Below the pieces are notes generated by a model. The model ran no database searches. It saw nothing but the letters and a program-made list of their open reading frames with translations, and was not told where the DNA came from. The position numbers and the translations under genes are program-made. Shown one piece after another: positions 33,749 through 43,696 of a stretch of DNA of 64,000 bases. Numbering within the stretch: position 1 is the first letter of the stretch; each line of letters starts with the position of its first letter. The DNA lies in the NCBI GenBank assembly GCA_000146465.1, contig CP001942.1; one strand, given 5' to 3'.

Positions 33749-34177
33749 ATGAGATTAGGTAGGGTAGTCGTATTGTGTTTTTCATTATCGGTAATATATG
33801 CCTCTGCAATTCCCCAGGATGTTGCTTCAAATGTGGAAACTGTGAGAAGTAAAGCTCATAAGTCGTATAAAAAGGTTATGGAGCAAGGAAAGACATGTCT
33901 GGGAAAGGTATGCGAGCTTTTTGGAAGGGGACGAGATATTCTTTGTACCAGAATCAAGAATGCTTTGTCTTCGATTAGAAGGAAAGGCGAAAAGGACGGT
34001 AAGACAGCTGGGTCTGGAGAAGGAGAGGGATCGGAAGAAGAGGCATTTGATCTTTCGCCTGAGGATATTGAGAAGCTAATTGAGGAGATCAAGAAAAAGC
34101 TATCGGGATATATGGATGTAACGGGAGAACAGCAGGAAGGAGAAGGAGAGAAAGAGGAAGAAAAAGAGGAGTTGTGA
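33749..34177 (+). CDS. Small secreted acidic protein (signal peptide plus Glu/Gly-rich tail).
   Basis: 142 aa. It has an N-terminal hydrophobic signal (MRLGRVVVLCFSLSVIYASA) and a C-terminal EGEGEKEEEKEEL. Confidence 0.5.
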   Translation: MRLGRVVVLCFSLSVIYASAIPQDVASNVETVRSKAHKSYKKVMEQGKTCLGKVCELFGRGRDILCTRIKNALSSIRRKGEKDGKTAGSGEGEGSEEEAFDLSPEDIEKLIEEIKKKLSGYMDVTGEQQEGEGEKEEEKEEL

Positions 34178-34274
34178 AGGATCTCTGTTGTTTGTTTACG
34201 TCTGAGTAGTGAATAAACGTAAGATGTTTCTTGTTTACTTTGCATAGTTAAACGTATATCTTTTGCCCTAATGA

Positions 34275-35462
34275 ATGGAGTCTGACGATAGCTGGGAGGA
34301 GGCTGTTGAAGAGAGGCTAGAACTTATGCCGAAAAAGACCTCGATCCAAAGGGCTGTGGACATCAAAATTGTGATGATCCACAAGATCATATGGTTCCTT
34401 AGAAAGATGCAGATTCCGGTGGAAAAGCCAATGATAGAAGAGAAAGTTGACTTTCATATTGATGAGAGATTGAAAGAGTATGTGAATTCCTTGAAGGACA
34501 TTGAAGAGGTGGACAGAGTGGTTATGCTGTTTAAGCTCTTGATTTTGTTTGGGATACCCAGCCGAATATACATTGTTCTTGGGGAGGAACCCAAGTGCTT
34601 TATCGAGAGCAGGCTATTGGGAAGGATTAGAGAACACCATGGTAGATATGCAGGATGTGTCTTTTCGGTTGATTCCTGTCTAAGACTTAAAGACCAGTCG
34701 TACCATTTTTCAAAGTCTACGAAGCAATTCTCGGCAGCGAGGTATGTGGCTGAGGGGCTTTCTAAGTTTGGAATGGATAGGAAGGTGTCTGGAGGAGTGG
34801 ACCATTTCTTTGATGATCTTGATAAAGAAAGAATGAGAAAGATACCTTCATCCATTGAAAAGATGAAAAGACACCCAAAGTTTGTCGTTGAGTCCATGCT
34901 AAGGCGAGATCAATGTATCTATCCAAAGAGACCGACTTTCGGGCTTTTCCGAGGGGAAATCATATATTCACGAGAAAACATAGTAAAGCTAAGAACAAAG
35001 GAACAGTTTTACAAGATGGGAAAAGACATTGGTTCATCCAAGCCTTACAGAGTGGTAAAAAAAGATGAGCAGGAGACCCGTCTGTATGCGCCATGGCAAA
35101 CATGCGACCTGGTGGTGGAGGGGTTTGGGGAGTCTATGTACCAGGACTTCTTTCATCCAAACTTCATACCGCAAGGATGTGTATACATAAACAATAAAAG
35201 TGCAAGGGATGTTGCATATCTACTTGGATTTCCATACAGAATATGCTTTCAAGGGTTTTTAAAGGGAATGCCTATCAATCGAGGGATATTTTTAGAGAAA
35301 AGAAATCTTTATGTGTTTTCGAACTTTCTATTCCAATATTGCAGGTATCTGGAGATGAAGGAGAAAAACGAGCGTGGAGCATTGGGATTCAAGAAATGGA
35401 GGTTCTTGATCAGGAATGCGGCAAAGTACTTAAAGATCAGAAGAGGCTTGGGATTAAAATGA
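34275..35462 (+). CDS. RAD4: Rad4/XPC-family DNA repair protein (reduced; BHD region conserved).
   Basis: 395 aa. [45 protein letters not shown] aligns with XPC [83 protein letters not shown] aligns with [41 protein letters not shown]. Confidence 0.8.
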   Translation: [395 protein letters not shown]

Positions 35463-35674
35463 CATTTGGTATTGTTTTGAACTCTTCTTATCAACTTCGG
35501 ATAGCCAGGTTCTAAGAAGTTAGGGCAGGGGAAAGACCTGGATGTAATGGAATGTATTGAAAAGGGGGATTCTTCCAAAGAATGGATAAGACATCTCAAA
35601 AATTCGTTTGAATATAATGGTTGTCAAATTTTTCAACAACAAAACCTACATAAAGAAAAAAAAAATACCCCCTT

Positions 35675-36802
35675 ATGTCAGAAATAGTTCAGGCACTTGT
35701 TATTGATATTGGATCTGGAGTTGTGAAATCAGGATTTGCAGGAGACGATGCACCAAGAGCTGTATTCCCTAGTATAGTGGGATTTCCCAGGCACAAGGGA
35801 GTGATGGTTGGAATGGGGCAGAAGGATGCATATGTTGGAGATGAGGCACAAACAAAGAGAGGAATCCTGCACATAAAATACCCCATTGAACATGGAATTG
35901 TAAGCAATTGGGATGATATGGAGAAGATATGGCACCATACTTTCTACAATGAACTAAGGGTTGCACCTGAGGAACACCCTGTGCTTCTTACCGAGGCTCC
36001 TCTGAACCCAAAGGCCAACAGAGAAAAGATAACCCAAATTATGTTTGAAACCTTCAATGTACCATCCTTTTATATCTCTATCCAGGCTGTTCTGTCTCTT
36101 TATGCAAGCGGAAGGACAACGGGAATAGTGTTCGATTCAGGAGATGGAGTGTCTCATGTTGTGCCCATCTACGAGGGATATTCTCTTCCTTATGCAATCA
36201 ACAGGATTGATCTTGCAGGCCGAGATCTTACAGAATACTTGCAGGTGATCCTTACCGAAGGAGGAAATACTTTTACGACAACAGCCGAAAGAGAAATTGT
36301 TAGGGACATCAAGGAGAAGCTCTGCTATGTGTCATTGAATTACGAAGAGGACATGAGGAACACCGAACACCTTGCTTCAATCACAAAGACCTACGAACTT
36401 CCCGATGGACAGGTGATCTCTATAGGTAACGAGAGGTTCCGAGCACCCGAACTATTGTTCCAGCCTAAGCTCCGTGGTCTTGAGCTGAAGGGAGTCCACC
36501 AGAACATCTACGATTCCATCATGAAATGTGATGTCGACATCAGAAAGGAGCTCTATGGAAATATTGTTCTTTCCGGCGGTACTACCATGTATCCAGGACT
36601 TGCTGAGAGAATCCTTAACGAAATCAAGGCACTAGCACCTCCAGTAATTAAGATTGGGGTAGTAGCACCCCCAGAGAGGAAATATAGCGTATGGATTGGA
36701 GGATCTATCCTGGCATCTCTTTCAACCTTCCAACAGATGTGGGTTTCTAAGGCTGAGTACCAGGAGCATGGGCCATCCATCGTTCATAGGAAGTGCTTCT
36801 AA
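35675..36802 (+). CDS. ACT: Actin.
   Basis: 375 aa. It has canonical actin sequence throughout ([26 protein letters not shown]...[14 protein letters not shown]...). Confidence 0.95.
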
Positions 36803-37005
36803 TAAGACGCTTGGCTCTATTGTCTGGCAAGAGAATGTTCCTTGCCTCATCCATTTCAAAGCGTTGTGGACCTACATTCTTAATGAATGATTTTATCGTG
36901 ATTGTTTTTAAATCTCTTTTATTATCCACGTAATCTATCCCCGTCACTCGGATGATAAATGAAATCAGCCAACTTCATTAAAACAAAACTTTTCCTTTTG
37001 TTTAT

Positions 37006-37659
37006 ATGCTTGGGAAGGAGAAGTGTGGAAATGATAAAAACGAAATCTCAAGGTGTAGAGACAATTCAAGAAAAGGCCTAGGTTATTCCTCGGAGTCGGA
37101 TATCCCCGAGCAGGGGAAAAGAGGAAGACGTCCAGGGATATCCTATGCAGATTTGATAACAGAGGCTATAGAAAGCAGCTCCGAAGGAATGCTAACACTT
37201 AAGGAAATATATTCCTACATCTCTTCAAAACACCCATACTTCTCTCTTAAGAAGACGGGGTGGCAGAACTCAATTAGACACAACCTGAGTTTGAATAAAT
37301 CTTTCTATAAGGTCCCCAGAACATCGGCAAACCCGGGAAAAGGTTCGTTCTGGAAGATAAACTATGAATTCCAGAACAGCAAGGGTTCACAAAAGACCTA
37401 CAGGTCTAGGAATAAATACTCATTCAATAGCAATCGTGATGCAGAAAAGAATGTCAACTCGATATCAGAGCTTCTTGGAGCACAGCAAGGCTTTTTCGAT
37501 AGTATCGGTGTTACAGAAGTTCCCTTCGAGCGCCACACAACAGTCTTTGATGGAAACTTGACAAGCCTCAGCGATTGTCTTGATCACAGTTACCAAAAGG
37601 AATATTTCGACCACAACGACGACCTCTCAAACACAAACTACATTTTCTCGTTCAGATGA
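37006..37659 (+). CDS. Forkhead-box transcription factor.
   Basis: 217 aa. The forkhead domain is RPGISYADLITEAIESSSEGMLTLKEIYSYISSKHPYFSLKKTGWQNSIRHNLSLNKSFYKVPRTSANPGKGSFWKIN. Confidence 0.85.
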   Translation: MLGKEKCGNDKNEISRCRDNSRKGLGYSSESDIPEQGKRGRRPGISYADLITEAIESSSEGMLTLKEIYSYISSKHPYFSLKKTGWQNSIRHNLSLNKSFYKVPRTSANPGKGSFWKINYEFQNSKGSQKTYRSRNKYSFNSNRDAEKNVNSISELLGAQQGFFDSIGVTEVPFERHTTVFDGNLTSLSDCLDHSYQKEYFDHNDDLSNTNYIFSFR

Positions 37660-37680
37660 TAGAGAATAAATTCAAATTAG

Positions 37681-38292
37681 ATGTATGTTTTTTGTGTCTT
37701 CACTTCCCGGGAAGTGGTTCGAAACCAATTCCCAATCTATCCCCCGATAATGAATGCCCCAATCACCGTCGTTTTAAAGGGCGTCAGGCCAACTTGCGAG
37801 AGCAACGAGGAGAATCCAGAGTTTGAGAGGTTTTACAGGGTTCTCAAGCTCTTGATGGACTCCCCTCTGAATAAGTCCAAGAAACTATGTGTCTACATAC
37901 ACACAACTAGGAATGTCCTTATAGAACTGAGCTATCTCCTCGAGGTTCCCGAAAATCCCATTGAACTCAGTGATGTTATGTCTTACCTATTGAAAAGACT
38001 GGTTGTTAAATCATCCGACGGAACTGTTTTAGCAAAGGTAATAAAGAATCCAATCAACAATCACTTGCCTCCGAATTCCACAAAGATCAGGCTTTCTCCA
38101 AGAGGATCTAGGGTGTCCCTAAAGGATTTGGAATCACACATTGAAAGGGGACTTGCTTTCTTCGTCGGTGTTGGAGCAGATGAAAAGAAGGAAGGAGAGT
38201 TCGATATGAAACTGTCGAACTTCAAGCTTTCCCCCGAAAACTGTTGTGCTAAGCTAACAAGCATTCTTGAAGAAATGCTAGGGATTTTTTGA
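37681..38292 (+). CDS. Hypothetical protein (203 aa).
   Basis: ORF only. Confidence 0.45.
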   Translation: MYVFCVFTSREVVRNQFPIYPPIMNAPITVVLKGVRPTCESNEENPEFERFYRVLKLLMDSPLNKSKKLCVYIHTTRNVLIELSYLLEVPENPIELSDVMSYLLKRLVVKSSDGTVLAKVIKNPINNHLPPNSTKIRLSPRGSRVSLKDLESHIERGLAFFVGVGADEKKEGEFDMKLSNFKLSPENCCAKLTSILEEMLGIF

Positions 38293-38452
38293 TTTGGGGA
38301 ACAGCCTACACTACTACAAATTCTGAAGAAATAAAAACGTGATCGATTTGAAACATACTCTTCAGAGAAGCTCTATCCAAGCTTAAAACATCGGAGGATA
38401 AAACAATTGTTTCGCCGCGAATAGGTTTTATTCCAGATAGCTTCTGCATAGA

Positions 38453-39160
38453 ATGTTTCTGAGAGGAGTGGTATCCATTGTCTTAATTCTTGAGCTTATC
38501 AAAGGATCCGACCAGCAGACGAGAATGGCTCTGCCCAACCAAGAGATGATGCTAAAAAACACCATAAATCCCAAGCCACAATGCTATCAAATATACCAAG
38601 GTCCAATGCAAACACCTGTCTGTGCAACGTTTTCTCAACCAACGGTGACAACCGGCATGGTATATCAAAAGCCAGAACAGCCAAAGCTAAGCCCTGATCT
38701 CGTAAGACTGATTCAGTCGATTCCAGGTGCCTCGGAGAAGTTGACGAGCTTCTTGGAATATAAAGGAATAACCCAGCCATGGCCTGAAATATTTGACTTT
38801 GGGTCTGACAAGAGCTATGGTTTGCCAGCGCCAGAACCTATGTTTGCAAAAATTCAGTCTCTGCTAAATGTCCTCGAGGACATAAAAGAGCTTCTATCCA
38901 ACGAACTGTTCAAAGTAGAGACATACATTAGCAGAGGAAAAGGCCATCTCTGTGAAAGCATCAAGAAGCTTAGGAGATACGATGGAATATTGAAGAAATA
39001 TCTAAAAAAGATATCGTCTGCTAAAACTACAAAGTCCAAGCACAACTACGCTACCAAGTACACAAGCTTTAGTGAAAAGGCACATGAGGAGGCAAAGTCC
39101 TATTATGAAACAAAGAAGTGGTTACAGACGATAGTAGCACTGTTTAGGTCTCTTATCTAG
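38453..39160 (+). CDS. Hypothetical protein with an N-terminal hydrophobic signal or anchor.
   Basis: 235 aa. It has an N-terminal MFLRGVVSIVLILELIKG followed by a Pro/Gln-rich segment. Confidence 0.5.
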   Translation: MFLRGVVSIVLILELIKGSDQQTRMALPNQEMMLKNTINPKPQCYQIYQGPMQTPVCATFSQPTVTTGMVYQKPEQPKLSPDLVRLIQSIPGASEKLTSFLEYKGITQPWPEIFDFGSDKSYGLPAPEPMFAKIQSLLNVLEDIKELLSNELFKVETYISRGKGHLCESIKKLRRYDGILKKYLKKISSAKTTKSKHNYATKYTSFSEKAHEEAKSYYETKKWLQTIVALFRSLI

Positions 39161-39263
39161 TAGTCTTATTCTTACACCCATGGATTCCTAAGAGGTGTAT
39201 ATGTATACAACCTAGGTTGTTTCCCAGCAGGGGATCCCAATTAAACACAACTTGATGCTATTT

Positions 39264-39836
39264 TCATGGCTCTATCTGCTCTTTTTTGAAGTCATTGAAA
39301 ATCTCCATCATGAAGCTTAGGTCCTTGCCCTCCTCCAGGTTTTTTCTAAGGTGTTTCCCTCGAGATGGATTGAATGGATTGAATCTCCTCTTTTCCATCA
39401 TCTTGTCGATAAACGAGTTCAACAGCCACATCGAGTCACTCATCCTACACCTGTAAATCGAGTAGTTTGTGGGTGCGGCATAGATGTGCCCATGGATTAT
39501 GTAGTACATCCCTAATGTCTCTGTGGTGTCTCCGTGGTTGTATGCTTTCCTGATCACAAACAGTGTTTTTTCATTGTTGCTACTTTCTGCTTCGTAGAAT
39601 ACTCCTATCATCGAGGATAGCTTAGATTTCTGGTCCAATCCTCGGAACTGGGTCTGCATCTTGAGTATTTCGTTATTGCAAGACTTATCATAGAAAGGAG
39701 AGCCCGAAAAGTACTCCAGGACATTCGCATCGTCGAGAGGTCTCGAACTAAGAAATCTTTGATCCACAAAACTTACATCCTCCTTCTCCTCCATTAAGGG
39801 AAGACATTTGTTGGCTTCTTTTACAGAAACTGCCAA
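39264..39836 (-). CDS. MED6: Mediator complex subunit MED6.
   Basis: 190 aa. [23 protein letters not shown] aligns with human MED6 [37 protein letters not shown] aligns with YYIIAGVIYQAP. Confidence 0.85.
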   Translation of the reverse strand: [190 protein letters not shown]

Positions 39837-39911
39837 AATCCAGAAAACACCAATCCAAAAAAATACTCTTTATTCTAGATGCTTTATTATTGAGAAGTAG
39901 CCCAGTTCCAT

Positions 39912-40379
39912 CTATTTTGTGCCTGGTTTGTTCTTATCAAGGAAGTCCTTGATTGCCAACTTGATGGCATCTTCGGCCAGCATCGAACAGTGGAGCTTAA
40001 TGGGAGGCAAGGAGAGCTTTTTGGCTATGTCTCTATTGGATATCTTTAGTGATTCGTCTAGGGTCTTCTTCTTGATCCATTCTGTTGCCAAACTCGAAGA
40101 GGCTATTGCAGATCCACATCCAAAAGTTTTGAATTTTGCTTCTTCAATTACATTATCTTTCCCAACCTTGATCTGGAGTTTCATCACATCTCCACAGGCC
40201 GGTGCACCAACTATCCCCGTTCCAACCCGAGGATCCGATTTGTCAAGAGAGCCTACATTTCTTGGGTTTTCAAAGTGGTCTATAACGCTTGTGTCGTACT
40301 TTCTCGTTATTCCACTCAACTCTTGAAGTACTGACATCCCAGGGTTGCAGTTCCTATTTTTAACTCTCTTATCCCTCAA
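39912..40379 (-). CDS. ISCU: Iron-sulfur cluster assembly scaffold ISCU (mitosomal).
   Basis: 155 aa. The motifs are VIDHFENPRNVGSLDKSDPRVGTGIVGAPACGDVMKLQIKV, FKTFGCGSAIASSS and LPPIKLHCSMLAEDAIKLA. The three Cys ligands and the LPPVK Hsp70-binding motif are present. Confidence 0.9.
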   Translation of the reverse strand: MRDKRVKNRNCNPGMSVLQELSGITRKYDTSVIDHFENPRNVGSLDKSDPRVGTGIVGAPACGDVMKLQIKVGKDNVIEEAKFKTFGCGSAIASSSLATEWIKKKTLDESLKISNRDIAKKLSLPPIKLHCSMLAEDAIKLAIKDFLDKNKPGTK

Positions 40380-41118
40380 AGCTTAAAACCTTTATGGAGT
40401 CTTCTGTAAGTAGAAACAGACTGTTCTCAAGTGCAACATACTGCCTTATTTCCCCCACAGGGAACACACTCTTGAAAGACCAGTCGTTACGCGACACCTC
40501 AACGCAGTTCTTCATCACCTTGATCTTTTGGGATTTGCATTCTATTGTGCTTTTTTCTTTCTTCCACAAAAAGTTTTCATCAACAAGCTGAAGCTTACTG
40601 TTGTAAACCCTTGACTCTCCGTTTCTGTATACACATGAAACCATACAATCCCCCATCCGTGCATCGACCATCCAATCTGCACACATGTAGCACATTATCT
40701 CCTTCAGCTTCATATCATATTTCTTTTCGTTGTTCTTGACAAGATGCAGCAGTATGTTGTAGAACAGTAACCTACACCTTCGGCTTATAGCTTTCTTCTT
40801 CACTAGAAATATCAAGAGATGGAAGTCCATGCTTTTTATTCTTGTGCATCTGAACTTCTCGTCATACTTGTATACTTTGATAGAATCCCCTCTGTGCAGC
40901 AAGAGATAACCTTCAATCGCGTAGAACTCGTTTCCCACAAGTTCTATAGAGAACACTCGGACTTTCTCTCCAGATAGATCGTATCGATTTAACGAAAAGA
41001 AAGGCTCTTGGGTTTTCAACCCTAGACTGTGTGTCTCCGACAGAAGATATTCTTTATATTCCTTGAAAACAGCTCTATCCACCAAATCCTCCATTGATTC
41101 TGCTACATGCTCCACCAA
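40369..41118 (-). CDS. Hypothetical protein (249 aa).
   Basis: ORF only. There is a minor 3' overlap with the ISCU 5' end unless ISCU starts at an internal Met. Confidence 0.45.
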   Translation of the reverse strand: MVEHVAESMEDLVDRAVFKEYKEYLLSETHSLGLKTQEPFFSLNRYDLSGEKVRVFSIELVGNEFYAIEGYLLLHRGDSIKVYKYDEKFRCTRIKSMDFHLLIFLVKKKAISRRCRLLFYNILLHLVKNNEKKYDMKLKEIMCYMCADWMVDARMGDCMVSCVYRNGESRVYNSKLQLVDENFLWKKEKSTIECKSQKIKVMKNCVEVSRNDWSFKSVFPVGEIRQYVALENSLFLLTEDSIKVLSFEG

Positions 41119-41221
41119 ATATTAATGAAACAAGACAAAACCTCGTCAGAAGTCTAGGAAATCCTAGGTACTTATCAGAAAACAAATAGACCATTCACAT
41201 TTATTCATGGGCCAACCGGCC

Positions 41222-41491
41222 TTATCTCACAAATCTCCCCACATAGCCGTTGTCAGAATCGATCTTTCTGATGCTTGGATTTGCCACATCCCTATTTCGG
41301 ATGAGAAAGACTATCTCCTTGTCCTCTTCGCTCAAAAATTGTCTCTTTTCCTTGGGTTCCTTCTTTCCACTGCTTACTTCAAGCTTCTTGTTTCTTCTAT
41401 CTTTGGTATAATCCCTTGTGTCGTACATATTCTTGATTCCATCAAAGAATAAGTTAGAGTCTGAATACTTTGACTGGAATTCTTCCATCAA
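41222..41491 (-). CDS. Small hypothetical basic protein (89 aa).
   Basis: The ORF fits the gap between two genes. Confidence 0.35.
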   Translation of the reverse strand: MMEEFQSKYSDSNLFFDGIKNMYDTRDYTKDRRNKKLEVSSGKKEPKEKRQFLSEEDKEIVFLIRNRDVANPSIRKIDSDNGYVGRFVR

Positions 41492-41540
41492 GGGGTTGGA
41501 AATTCAGAATAAGACAGCGGGGTTATGTAGCATAGGAGAG

Positions 41541-43154
41541 TCACAAAATTGATCCAGGATCACTGTAGGGAGGGGATCCGACATTTGCAGATTCCCGGCT
41601 GTCTTCCTCGGAATATGGGCCATTGCTTTCTAGGCCCTCCATTACTCTGAACTGGTCCAAAGACGTATAGACCTTGTCTACTCTTGGATGACTGTTGAAT
41701 ACGTCAGGTGATATTTCACTAAACTCTTCTCTTTCCTCGTTGTCTTCCGCATCATAACTTGTCTCTAAATTTGAGACTCCCGATACCTCACTACCAAATA
41801 CCGTATGTTCTTCCTGATGGCATTCAAAACACAAGGGACATTTGTTGTCTCCTTCCTGAGACGATGATACCACAGTCTTTTGAGAACTGCCAGAATCATA
41901 TCCGTTGTCAGTCCCATAAAAAGAAAGACTCAGACTTGACAAGAAGTTTCTTGCATCAAACTCGTCTTTCTGGGAATCACCCTTCTCTATGGGAAGGAAA
42001 AAGGCCTCCGATACTTCATCATTTCTTTCCCCCTCTTGCGGCATGTTTTCCGCCCTTTCTTTAGGTTCTTCTCTCTTTCCAGCTTCTTCCTTCTCCCTTT
42101 CCTTTTTCCTAGCCCCATTACTCCTCACCAGGGAAAGACTACCTTCAAAGTCAAAATTATCGTCGTTCTCATGCTCGAGAATGCTTAAAATACTCTTGGA
42201 TTTCTTACTTTCTTCTTTGTCTACCCGTCTTTGTCTGTCTATAGGGACCTCATAGGTAAGGCTCTCAGGAAGTATCACAGGAATCTCATTCGCATCCTCC
42301 ATATCCAAGAAAGGAATATCCAAGGCCTGGGAATCTCTAACTATCCCCGAAGAGACCCTTTCCGAAAGTCCTTTCTTCTTGTCCGAACTCATGAAGTCAT
42401 ATGAAGGCGTTTTTTCTTGAGCATCCCAAACATAGGTGCTCGACACAGACTCAGAAAATATTTCGTTCCCACTAACAACATCTCTTAGCCTACTGCTGAT
42501 GATATCCTTTCCACGGAGCTTCCTTCTAAGCCTCTTAACATCATTCTTGGTTATTTCACTATTGAACTCAACCATGCTTCTCCTTGGATTGAAAGGCACC
42601 TTATACAGCTCTCCTATCCCCACCTGGCATCCCAATAATATGTCCATCCCTACCTGAAGATAAACTACTCTCACATATTCAAGGTCGTTATTGTAAACAA
42701 ACAATGGAACCGTTCGTCTTCTATTCAATTCAAGAAACCTCAGCAGGTCATCTTCATCCTTTGAATATATGTTTTCTATTCCGAGAATATAGTCTCCAAC
42801 CACCATCCCTGCTTTCTCTGCTGGAGAGCCTGAATTCACTCTCAAAACCTCCATGGAAAGAAGACTGGCAATATTCTGATGGAACTTCACGCTGATTCCA
42901 AGTCTTGTTTTATCCTTCTTCGGTATCTCAAGAACAGATGTCTCCATGGTTCTCATGTCTATCAACTCCAGCTGAAGAGCTTTGCGCTCCCACTCCTTGT
43001 TCATAATCAGTGCGTCGTCCTTGCTTTCAATTGCCTTTCCATTGAAGCCAACTATTGAGTGTATGAACGGAAGAATGCCATTCTTGTGCGATACACTGCC
43101 TTCCGAAACCTTTAGTATTTGCAGCGACTTAATTGTTGATAAACACGATCCCAT
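41541..43154 (-). CDS. GRASP-family Golgi stacking protein (tandem PDZ-like GRASP domain plus a long acidic Ser-rich tail).
   Basis: 537 aa. It has an N-terminal MGSCLS (Gly2 myristoylation context). The GRASP domain signature is ILPFIHSIVGFNGKAI...LELIDMRT...VLRVNSGSPAEKAGMVVGDYILGIEN...PLFVYNNDLEYVRVV. Confidence 0.8.
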   Translation of the reverse strand: MGSCLSTIKSLQILKVSEGSVSHKNGILPFIHSIVGFNGKAIESKDDALIMNKEWERKALQLELIDMRTMETSVLEIPKKDKTRLGISVKFHQNIASLLSMEVLRVNSGSPAEKAGMVVGDYILGIENIYSKDEDDLLRFLELNRRRTVPLFVYNNDLEYVRVVYLQVGMDILLGCQVGIGELYKVPFNPRRSMVEFNSEITKNDVKRLRRKLRGKDIISSRLRDVVSGNEIFSESVSSTYVWDAQEKTPSYDFMSSDKKKGLSERVSSGIVRDSQALDIPFLDMEDANEIPVILPESLTYEVPIDRQRRVDKEESKKSKSILSILEHENDDNFDFEGSLSLVRSNGARKKEREKEEAGKREEPKERAENMPQEGERNDEVSEAFFLPIEKGDSQKDEFDARNFLSSLSLSFYGTDNGYDSGSSQKTVVSSSQEGDNKCPLCFECHQEEHTVFGSEVSGVSNLETSYDAEDNEEREEFSEISPDVFNSHPRVDKVYTSLDQFRVMEGLESNGPYSEEDSRESANVGSPPYSDPGSIL

Positions 43155-43368
43155 TTTCTTCGCAAATTACATTTTTTATTTATTCGTCTGTTGGAAAGAA
43201 GCCGCCAAATGATTGACCCCCTCTTCTCATTTGTCTACCATCCCCTGACAATGCTAGCTTGAAAAGCCAGAGAGTTTTCTGTTGAAACGGCTGGAAGGTG
43301 ATTCTAGAATGATGTAAATGTGATAATGTTTCTTACTTAATTTTTTTTCATACACACCCGTCTAACAA

Positions 43369-43674
43369 ATGGAGGAAGAAAGCGACATAGAAAGGTTTCA
43401 TCGCATGCAACAATCGTATCTAGGAAATCAGGAAAAAGCAGTTTCAAGTGTGTATGTCAAGAATCTAGACGCTTCTGTCTCCAACTCGGACATCGCTGCC
43501 CACTTCAGATCCTGTGGAAACATATCTGGAATAAATGTTATTAGCACAAAAAACTCTAAGAAGTACGCCATAATTGATTTCTCTTCCGAGAAATCTGTTG
43601 AAATGTCCCTGCTATTTAATGGATCTGTTCTGAAAGGAAAAAAGATAATTGTCCAAAGAAAGAGAGATCGATAA
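43369..43674 (+). CDS. Small RRM-domain RNA-binding protein.
   Basis: 101 aa. The RNP motifs are VYVKNLD and KYAIIDF. Confidence 0.6.
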   Translation: MEEESDIERFHRMQQSYLGNQEKAVSSVYVKNLDASVSNSDIAAHFRSCGNISGINVISTKNSKKYAIIDFSSEKSVEMSLLFNGSVLKGKKIIVQRKRDR

Positions 43675-43696
43675 AAGAAATCTGTTTATTCGTTTT

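Noticed and set aside
37690-37735. A T-arm-like motif TGGTTCGAAACCA that might indicate a second tRNA.
   Set aside because: No acceptor stem, D-arm or anticodon arm can be drawn around it. It sits inside the N-terminal region of the 37681 ORF.
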